A stretch of DNA of 61,095 nt, filler included. It is 5 parts of 5 records of this genome, joined end to end, with 100 filler letters (N's around TTAATTAATTAA, not from the genome) between each part and the next. Parts side by side here need not be neighbours in the genome. Positions count along the whole stretch, not along the records: positions 43,746 to 61,095 come from SRR31156797_6695; 4 more parts are not named here. The stretch is one strand, 5' to 3'. Of this stretch, positions 51,375 through 59,600 are shown piece by piece (the stretch's first letter is position 1; every line of letters begins with the position of its first letter). The notes beneath the pieces are model-generated. The model saw only the letters and a list, made by a program, of their open reading frames with translations, was not told the DNA's origin and ran no database searches. The position numbers and the translations under genes are program-made.

Positions 51375-52954
51375 TATTCTAATTCCTCCAGGGCTTTTTT
51401 GCATTCGATATTGTTCGGGTCGATATTAAGCGACATTCCTAAGGCTATCTTTGCTTCCTCGATCTTTCCCAGTTTTATCAGGATCATGCCTTTATGATAA
51501 TACACTTCAGCGCTGATATCAGAATATACGAATGCTTTTTGTACCCATTTATATGCTTTATTATATTTTTTCTGCCGATAAAAGATCCATGCTTTGGTAT
51601 CACAGTATGCGGCGCTTTTTTCAATTTTTATTGCTTTATTTACCATGCTCATTGCTCGATTCAAGTCCATATTCAACCTTGCAAGCGCATAAGCATAATT
51701 GTTCAATATGCTAGAGCTTTCGGGCAGATCTTCCAGCAATCCCCCATAGATCTCATCGGCTTTTTCGGCTTGTCTCATTTCAACATAAACATTTGCCAAG
51801 TCTTCGCGGACATTAACATTGCTTGAGTCTATTGATATTATATGTGTCAGCAATTGTTCCGATTGTTGCCAATTACCTTGTTGGGCCCTGATCATGGCTT
51901 TCATATGTAGCCACCTTGTTCCGGGGCCTCTTTTATCGATCGCCCTGTCGGCAATGTAATCCGCTGTTTCAAGATCTCCATTTTCCCAGAACCATAGTGA
52001 GTAATACAAGTACAGATCGACATCATTTGCGCCTGATTTTTCCGCTCTGTTGAAAAAGAACATGACACTGTCTGCCTCACCTTTTTCCATTGCGGAAATA
52101 CCCTGGAAATATGAAATGCGGCTATCTTCTTCCCAGCGGTTTTTGATCCTATTCAGGATCTCATTACCTTTGGTGAAATCGCTCATTTGAAACTTATAAT
52201 CAATATATAAAAAATAGGGAGCCAGGGTTTCGGGTTCCTTGTCCAGCCAAAATTCCAGAGCGCTTAACATTCCTTCAATATTTTTGCTTTCAAACAGAGA
52301 TCGAACCCAAAATTCATATAATTCATTATTAGGCGGTACATTACGTGCCACTTCTTCAAGATAGGGGGCCGCATCAGCGATCCGGTTGTTTTCCAGCATG
52401 ATCTCCGCTGCATAAATATAGGGCCAGGGGTGTTTGGGGCTTACTTCAATTAGCTTATCCAATGTTTCCAACGATTTTTCAAAATCATTTATTCCGCGAT
52501 AGGACTCTGCAAGACGTTGCAGGTAATCGGGATCTTCCGGTGTTTCTTCAAGATGTTTTTGTAGCATGGGGATCACTTCCTCATGCCGCAATTCTTTCAT
52601 ATACAGATCGATCACATTATATTGGGCAGATTCATCCAAAGGGTCAAGCTTCAAAGCTTTCTCGTAATAACCGGTAGCTAATTTATGTTTGCCCAGGCGC
52701 CGATAACTTTCACCAATAGCTTTAAGGATCGTCGTTGTTGTATCATATTCAAGTGCCCGGCGATATTCAAGGTTCGCGTAGACGTAGTTCCCTTCTGCCC
52801 GATAGATCTCTCCATACATGAAATGCATCAGGCCCTTTGTAGGGTACTGCTCCATTTCTTTTTTTTCGGGGATGTCCTGAACCAGCTCCTGTGTGCCGCA
52901 GGAGGCAAGAAATATCAGTAGTGCAAAACCGATTATTTTCAAATTCTTGTGCAT
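51374..52954 (-). CDS. TPR-repeat lipoprotein
   Basis: Lipobox LASC after hydrophobic core (ATG 52954); many TPRs including LNNYAY.L and AY.DTKAWI. Confidence 0.85.
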   Translation of the reverse strand: MHKNLKIIGFALLIFLASCGTQELVQDIPEKKEMEQYPTKGLMHFMYGEIYRAEGNYVYANLEYRRALEYDTTTTILKAIGESYRRLGKHKLATGYYEKALKLDPLDESAQYNVIDLYMKELRHEEVIPMLQKHLEETPEDPDYLQRLAESYRGINDFEKSLETLDKLIEVSPKHPWPYIYAAEIMLENNRIADAAPYLEEVARNVPPNNELYEFWVRSLFESKNIEGMLSALEFWLDKEPETLAPYFLYIDYKFQMSDFTKGNEILNRIKNRWEEDSRISYFQGISAMEKGEADSVMFFFNRAEKSGANDVDLYLYYSLWFWENGDLETADYIADRAIDKRGPGTRWLHMKAMIRAQQGNWQQSEQLLTHIISIDSSNVNVREDLANVYVEMRQAEKADEIYGGLLEDLPESSSILNNYAYALARLNMDLNRAMSMVNKAIKIEKSAAYCDTKAWIFYRQKKYNKAYKWVQKAFVYSDISAEVYYHKGMILIKLGKIEEAKIALGMSLNIDPNNIECKKALEELE

Positions 52955-53031
52955 CTTGTAATAATAATGAATTCTGAAGTGGAATAAAAGGCAAGAAGTG
53001 AGATTGCGATGATGAATGATCAATTATTGAT

Positions 53032-53061
53032 TGTACGGAACAGATATATCTGTTCCGTACA
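53032..53061. repeat. Perfect 30-bp REP-like palindrome
   Basis: TGTACGGAACAGATA|TATCTGTTCCGTACA, intergenic. Confidence 0.85.
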
Positions 53062-53094
53062 TCTGGTGTTTTTCGTTTTATATTTCATAGATAC

Positions 53095-53119
53095 AAAAAA
53101 GCCCCGAAATTCGGGGCTT
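53095..53119 (-). terminator. Intrinsic terminator
   Basis: Minus strand AAGCCCCGAA-T-TTCGGGGCTT followed by a T-run, just after the 63-aa gene. Confidence 0.88.
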
Positions 53120-53140
53120 AAACTTGAGAAAGATTATTTC

Positions 53141-53332
53141 TTAACCGAAATATTCTTTTTTGTTACATCCGCAAATGCCAACGACTTTTTGTTTGTATTT
53201 AACATTGCCGTCTGTATTCTTAACGTTTGCATAATGTTTTACATAGGAGATCTGTTGGTCGCATACAGGACAGGTTTTACCGGTCTTTTCACGGTTAGCG
53301 ATCTTTGCTCCGAATGATTGAGGTCTAGCCAT
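53141..53332 (-). CDS. Small basic protein with CPVC...CGC putative zinc site
   Basis: 63 aa, Lys-rich, strong GGAGG RBS, own promoter-like region and terminator. Confidence 0.8.
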   Translation of the reverse strand: MARPQSFGAKIANREKTGKTCPVCDQQISYVKHYANVKNTDGNVKYKQKVVGICGCNKKEYFG

Positions 53333-53393
53333 TTTTTATTCCTCCGCTCTTTTAATTGCGGGCAAATATAAGCAATAATTGCTTGATTGCAAA

Positions 53394-53936
53394 TTATTTA
53401 TTCTCATTTACCATCATTATCTGCTTATTATAATTCGGAACTTCGATCTTGTTGGAATCCGGCAGCTCCGTTTCTGCTTTTGCTCCGGCAAGTGCCGGCT
53501 GTGCGGCGGTGGCAGCAGTTGGTGCAGCCATGTTCTTCTCCTGTTGGATCGTTCTGATCTCCGCTGTTGGAATAGATGTTCCTTCAGAATTCGGAATAAC
53601 CACCGATGTATAAACGAATACAGACGTAGCAATTAGCAACAACACGGCCGCCACAACCGAGATGGGTCGCGAGTAATCCTGGAATACCCGGATAAAACGA
53701 CTCTCTTTGTGCTCTTTGCTCTTTTCGATGCGGTCCATCAAGGCAGACTCGAAATCCGGACGCGTTTTGACCTCTGGCAGACAAGACAGTTTATTCAAAA
53801 TGCCTTTTAAATCAGCGAGTTTTTCCCGGCATCTCGGGCATTCACTCATATGTTGATCTGCTTCTTGTCGTATTTTAACGTTCAGATTAGCATCGATATA
53901 ATCAGAAATGATCCTATCAAAACTATAACAATCCAT
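53394..53936 (-). CDS. Zinc-finger (zf-HC2/ZAS) anti-sigma factor
   Basis: MDC...SDYID...HMSECPRC (H-x3-C-x2-C), single TM, downstream of ECF sigma. Confidence 0.88.
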   Translation of the reverse strand: MDCYSFDRIISDYIDANLNVKIRQEADQHMSECPRCREKLADLKGILNKLSCLPEVKTRPDFESALMDRIEKSKEHKESRFIRVFQDYSRPISVVAAVLLLIATSVFVYTSVVIPNSEGTSIPTAEIRTIQQEKNMAAPTAATAAQPALAGAKAETELPDSNKIEVPNYNKQIMMVNENK

Positions 53937-54008
53937 CGATACGCAATACCTCCTACAATTTTAAACACCACTTTAAAATTCGTCAGTCTTTGAAATGTTC
54001 CGAAAAAA

Positions 54009-54590
54009 TTATTGTTCCTTTAATTCTTTTAACAACTTTTGAAGTCTCAGGCGCCCCCTGTTGATCCTGCTTTTCACAGTTCCAATGGAAATTCCCAGTA
54101 TCTGGCTAATTTCCTCATAGGACAATTGCTGAACTTCACGAAGAATAATAACGGTCTTGAACTGATCCGGCAAAGTATCGATAGCCTGCTGGATCTGCTT
54201 TTCTCCGTAATTTGATTCCGTCTCTCTCGCAGGATCGTAATCTTCAGACGGGATCTCATATTCTTTATCGTCAAAACCCATGGTATGGATCGACACAACT
54301 CGCCGTCGTTTTAACCTGCGCAATTCAGATTTTGCAAGATTGGCGGCTATGGTAAAGATCCATGTACTGAATTTTGCAATTTCACGATACATGTGAGCGC
54401 TGGTATACAATTTCATCAGCGTATCCTGAACAACATCTTCAGACTGTTCATATGAATTCAGGTACCTGTAAACGAAATTCAAGAGGCGGTCCTTATAGCG
54501 CTTTACAAGTTCAATATAAGCGCGTTCATCACCGTTTTGAAAACGCTTGACCAGTTCTTCGTCGGTATATTTTATTTTTTCATTAAGCAT
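54009..54590 (-). CDS. ECF RNA polymerase sigma factor
   Basis: EDVVQD, KFSTWIFTIAAN, LSYEEI, GTVKSRINRGR. Confidence 0.93.
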   Translation of the reverse strand: MLNEKIKYTDEELVKRFQNGDERAYIELVKRYKDRLLNFVYRYLNSYEQSEDVVQDTLMKLYTSAHMYREIAKFSTWIFTIAANLAKSELRRLKRRRVVSIHTMGFDDKEYEIPSEDYDPARETESNYGEKQIQQAIDTLPDQFKTVIILREVQQLSYEEISQILGISIGTVKSRINRGRLRLQKLLKELKEQ

Positions 54591-55586
54591 CTATGTCAGT
54601 ATCCCTTCAAGAGTGATCATAAAATTGCTAACCGGATCACATGCGCTTGTTTTGACCCGTCGATCTGCCCCGACAAGTAAAGACACCGCTTTTTTCAATT
54701 GCGGCATGCTAAAGCGCGATGCAACCATTTTCAATTGATCCAGCTGTTTGGGCCTGTAAACTCTTACTTTCTTCATTAGATCGGGTGAGGCAAGTAATCG
54801 TTGGTCTTTCAAGAGGGTCAATTTCCAAATGTATTGATACATCGCAATAATAAGGTAAACGTCGCTTATACCATTTTCAAGCAGGTTCTTGCAGATGGCT
54901 ATGGCGGCTGATTTATTTCTATTGCCTACGGCATCCAACAATTGATCGATGCTGTAGGTCTTGGAAAAACCACTGATCTTTCGAATATCCTCCCGGGTGA
55001 TCGCCTGCTCTTCTGGTAGATATATGTGGATCTTGTCAATTTCATTGCTCAGCTTGCCAAGGTCAGAGCCCACATAGCGTAGCAATTCATTTATTGCATT
55101 TACATCTATGGGCCTATTCAATTTTGCCACATATTGCCGAACCCAGCCGGGGATCTCGCTTTCAAAGGGCGAGTTGCTCATCATCGTCGTTGCGGCACCT
55201 TGGATGCGTTTGTAATAAGCATTTCTGCCTTCAATTTCTTCTGCCGTCAAGATCAAAATATTCGATGGCTCGGGTTTCTGCAGATAGTTATTCATGATCT
55301 TGCGGGCCGAAGGAAGCAAGCCTTTCACATTAGAAATGACCGAACATTTAGTAGATTGAAAAAGAGACGTTCCAAAGAGCAGGTTTTGCAGTTCATTCGC
55401 ATCAAGTTCGGCAGCATTAAAAAAGCCGTAATCGTACGAGAGTCCCTGACCGGTCATGCTCTTGCGAATATTTTGAATGGCAAGATCGCGCAAATAATAA
55501 TCATTCCCATAGAGGAAGTAGACGGGTTTTAGTTTCCCGTTCTTGATCATTGTCAATTCATGTTCATAATCGCTAAGCCAACTCAT
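54591..55586 (-). CDS. holA: DNA polymerase III delta subunit
   Basis: KPVYFLYGND, SLF, GSDLGKLSNEIDKI, ITREDI, D..VKTS. Confidence 0.9.
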   Translation of the reverse strand: MSWLSDYEHELTMIKNGKLKPVYFLYGNDYYLRDLAIQNIRKSMTGQGLSYDYGFFNAAELDANELQNLLFGTSLFQSTKCSVISNVKGLLPSARKIMNNYLQKPEPSNILILTAEEIEGRNAYYKRIQGAATTMMSNSPFESEIPGWVRQYVAKLNRPIDVNAINELLRYVGSDLGKLSNEIDKIHIYLPEEQAITREDIRKISGFSKTYSIDQLLDAVGNRNKSAAIAICKNLLENGISDVYLIIAMYQYIWKLTLLKDQRLLASPDLMKKVRVYRPKQLDQLKMVASRFSMPQLKKAVSLLVGADRRVKTSACDPVSNFMITLEGILT

Positions 55587-55589
55587 AGT

Positions 55590-56393
55590 TTATCCAAAAA
55601 TGATCGCTATAAATCCGAGGATCAAGCAGTAAAAACCAAACATGTATAATTTACCGTTCGTAATAGCCCGCAATAGCCATTTCACGGCAAAATAACCGAA
55701 TAGAAATGCGGTAACGGTTCCAATAATAATACCAGACCATACAAAACCTTCCGCTGCAAGAGCGTCTTTTGCTTCCATCAAGGTAGCGCCAAAGATCAAG
55801 GGCAAGGCCATTAAAAATGAGAACTTTGCAACTTTCTCGCGCGGCATCCCAAGGAACATACCCATTGAAACGGTTGAACCGGATCGTGAAATGCCGGGTA
55901 TAATTGCAATGGCTTGCGCAATCGCCATCAGAATAGTCCGCCACCAATTCAAAGGGCGTTTTTCGTTTTGTGCCCATTGAGTAATAAAAAGCACGGTACC
56001 TGTTACCAACAAGGCAATTCCTACGACGAGGATATTATCAAAAAGTTTATCGATCTGTTCTTCAAATAAAAGACCAACTATACCGGCGGGGACCATAGAA
56101 ATAAGAATATATATTCCCATGGCAAAATCTTCGTTCTCTTTCATTGCTGTTGGATATTTCCAGACTTTCCAGAAATTCCCGAAAAAGGCAATGATGATCT
56201 TTGCAATATCTTTCCAGAAGATCACCAATACAGAAAGAAAGGTACCGAAATGCAGGAATACTTCCAGGGTTACACCGGGTGATTCTATGCCAAGAAGATA
56301 CTCAGCCAAAGCCAGATGTCCAGATGATGAGACGGGTAAGAACTCAGTCAATCCCTGTACGATCGCTAAAATGATGATCTTTAATATTTCCAT
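55590..56393 (-). CDS. uppP: Undecaprenyl-diphosphate phosphatase
   Basis: VQGLTEFLPVSSSGHL, HFGT, AQAIAIIPGISRSGST, FSFLM. Confidence 0.95.
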   Translation of the reverse strand: MEILKIIILAIVQGLTEFLPVSSSGHLALAEYLLGIESPGVTLEVFLHFGTFLSVLVIFWKDIAKIIIAFFGNFWKVWKYPTAMKENEDFAMGIYILISMVPAGIVGLLFEEQIDKLFDNILVVGIALLVTGTVLFITQWAQNEKRPLNWWRTILMAIAQAIAIIPGISRSGSTVSMGMFLGMPREKVAKFSFLMALPLIFGATLMEAKDALAAEGFVWSGIIIGTVTAFLFGYFAVKWLLRAITNGKLYMFGFYCLILGFIAIIFG

Positions 56394-56406
56394 TAATATC
56401 CTTCGT

Positions 56407-56438
56407 AAAAAAAACCGAACGGGCATTTAACGTTCGGT
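56407..56438 (-). terminator. Terminator hairpin in the uppP leader
   Basis: Minus strand ACCGAACG-ttaaatgcc-CGTTCGGT followed by a T-run, about 13 nt before the uppP ATG. Confidence 0.7.
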
Positions 56439-56681
56439 AAAACGTCCGTTAAAGGCTCCTGTCCCGCGTGTTCGCTATTTCAATTGCCTTTAACTAAACG
56501 ATGTACTTATAAATAGTCCTCACATTTATCCTCGCTAAATTTAACCGTGGGACGGAATAAATGCAAAAGATTTTTTGATGCATTAAATTATTGATAATTA
56601 GATTTAATTTGGCAATAAAGGTGGTATATCTTTATATTAGTTTATAATACATAATAAATAATTTTCAATCCGGAGACCGTT

Positions 56682-59600
56682 ATGAAAAAGCTATTGATCC
56701 TCGTCAGTATTATTTCCTTTTGTATTGCCGGCACCTACAGCGGTGGAGCAGGAACATCAAATAATCCTTATCACATTGATAATTTAGGTGATTTAAACGA
56801 AATGAGCTCTACGACAGCCGATTGGGATAAATATTTTATACAAACAAGCAATATTGACGCTTCGGCAACATCAACCTGGCACTCCGGTGCCGGCTGGTCG
56901 CCCATTGGAAACAGGAATACGAAGTTCACCGGAAATTATAAGGGGAATGGAAAGATTATCACCGGTATGTATGTAAATCGTCCCAGCGATGAGGCTCAAG
57001 CATTTTTTGGATGGACCGAAAACGCCACGATCAGCGGACTTAGATTATTTGACTGTACTATTATCGCGGATAGAATGAGCGGGGGTATGGTAGGTGTGCT
57101 TTATAGCTCCAGTGTCAGTAATTGTGGAACCACGGGCAATGTTACGTGTAATCAAAGCGCTGGAGGTTTTGCTGGGAGTGTCAAGGAATCTACGATCAAT
57201 AACTGTTACAGTGAAGCAAATGTCACAGCTCCAACCAATGACGGTCATTATCGCTTTGGCGGTTTTGCTGGATCAAGCTCAACTTACTCTACGATAACGA
57301 ATTGTTATGCCAGAGGCAATGTTACAGGTTACCGATGGGTTGGTGGATTTATAGGTATGCAAGGAGAGTGGGCAGCTGTTGTCGTTAATGAAAACTCTAC
57401 CATCGAAGATTGTTATAGTACCGGACTCGTAAACGCCACGCTGTCCGGAGGTGGATTTGCGGGACACAATGAAAGCGATTGTGTCCTTCATTTTTGTTAT
57501 TGGGATTATGAAACATCCAATGACTCGTATTCACCCTTTGGATATGAAAAATCAACGTCACAAATGAAAACACAAAGCACGTTCTATGGTTGGGATTTTA
57601 CTGATACCTGGACTTTTGATGCTATATACAATGATGGCTACCCTGTGTTAAAATGGTTGACTGTAGATCCCGAAAGACAATCGGTTGAACCCTCCGGTAC
57701 GGGTACTGCAGAAGACCCTTTCCAGATCGGATCGCTTGACAATCTTTACTGGATATCTGAAGATATCTCAAGGTGGGCATATCATTATATTCAAACAGCT
57801 GATATTGACGCATCCTCAACCTCATCCTGGTATATGGGCCGCGGATGGTCGCCAATAGGTAACTATAATACAAAATTTACAGGTAGCTATAATGGCCAAG
57901 GATATAATATCTCAGGATTAACGATCAATCGAACTAACGATGACGACGATTATATTGGATTATTTGGATATATTGCAAACAGCACTTCAATTATTAATAT
58001 AAATCTTGACGATGCGTCAATAGAGGGTGATGGATATGTTGCCGGTATCGCAGGATACATTTATGGTTCATTAATTAAGAATTGCTCCTTCAGTGGTAAT
58101 GTTGTCGGCCGGGTATATGCCGGCGGTATCGCAGGTGAAGTGAGAATGGGTACGATAGTCGAAAACTGTTACAGCGAAGGGACGGTAATTGCAAATCATT
58201 CATATGCGGGTGGTTTGATCGCTCATGTAAGCTATGAGGCGGAGGTCTCTAATTGTTATAGTAAGTCATCCGTTGAAACCGACACTTATGCCGGTGGATT
58301 TGCCGGAAAAACTTATAATTGTAGAGTTGAAGATTGTTATAGTACCGGTTTGGTAAGTGGGAACACGTATAAAGGAGGATTTATTGGATCGGCCTTAAAT
58401 GTAAGTTATACTTACCCCATCAAAGATTGCTTTTGGGATATTAATACTTCAGGAACAAGCACTAGTGCCCAAGGCACCGGAAAAACCACAGCAGAAATGA
58501 AAACCCTGGAAACGTTTACAGTCAAAGGATGGGATTTTACAACTATCTGGGGGTTGATCGCCGGCCTGAACGAAGAATATCCGTATTTAAAATCTCATAT
58601 TACCTTATCTGCTCCATCGGTTACAACCGACAGTGTTCTTGTAACCGGGGAAAATACGGCAACGGTTTATTACAGCATCACGGACACCGGTGTCCCCGCG
58701 GGAGATGAACATGGTCTATGTTGGAACACCACGGGAAATCCAAGCATTCTTGACAGTGTTCAGAATGAGGGTCCGATCGTTATTCAGGGAAATTATAGCG
58801 CCGATGTTTCTTCTTTGGCTCCGGACACATATTACTATATTCGTGCCTACGCCGCAAATACGGTTGATACGACATATGGCGACGTTTTGATATTCAGAAC
58901 CCCCGAAAACCCAAGTATCATTAATTTGTATTCCGATTATGTCGATACAAGTTCTATTAATGTTCGTTACCATATTGACGATCTTGGCTATCCCGGGATC
59001 ACGGAATCGGGTTTTGCTATAAAAGAATATTGGAAAAGTGATGCATATTATGCTAAAACCTTTCTTGGGGGTCAAAGCTCGACAGGCTCTACCGGTTATT
59101 ATTATACCGGACTAACACCCAACACAAGTTATGATATATTCGCTTTCGCAGCCAATCCCTATGATACGGTCTATACCGACACCATTCAAGTTAGAACATA
59201 TTCTTTGCCCCGGGTTGATATTGAAGATGCATATGCCGCAACGGACAGCAGTTTTCTGGTAGAGGGGGAAGTATATTTCAAAGGATATCCTATTGCAGAA
59301 CACCATGGTTTTTGCTGGAACACAAGCGATGATCCCACCATCGAAGATCAGATAATTGATTACGGCGGTGCCGATTCTGCAGAATATCTATACGAAACAA
59401 TAAGCGATCTCGATCCAAATACAACTTATTACATAAGGCTTTTTGCAACAAATACGGTTGGTACGGCTTATAGTGAAAGTATCTCGATCAACACAAAAGG
59501 GAAACCCGGCTTAACCGATATGGCAGTCAATAATATCTTGACGGATTCTGCTACCGTCAGCGCAGAGCTTCTTGAACTGGGAGATCCCTCGGCAAGTGAA

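Noticed and set aside
53970-54002. GGAAC-containing ECF promoter between sigma and anti-sigma
   Set aside because: -35 is plausible but there is no convincing -10 at the expected spacing
56448-56556. HDV-like ribozyme or SRP/6S RNA identity for the crossing helices
   Set aside because: Helix order is HDV-like but the P1.1 GG and L3 motif are not in position; no SRP GGAA/AGCAG motif; too short for a typical 6S. Kept only as an unknown RNA
56682-58610. About 16 N-x-S/T motifs in the GLUG head as N-glycosylation sites
   Set aside because: Explained adequately by the Asn/Ser/Thr-rich beta-helix composition; no PglB-type gene in the window
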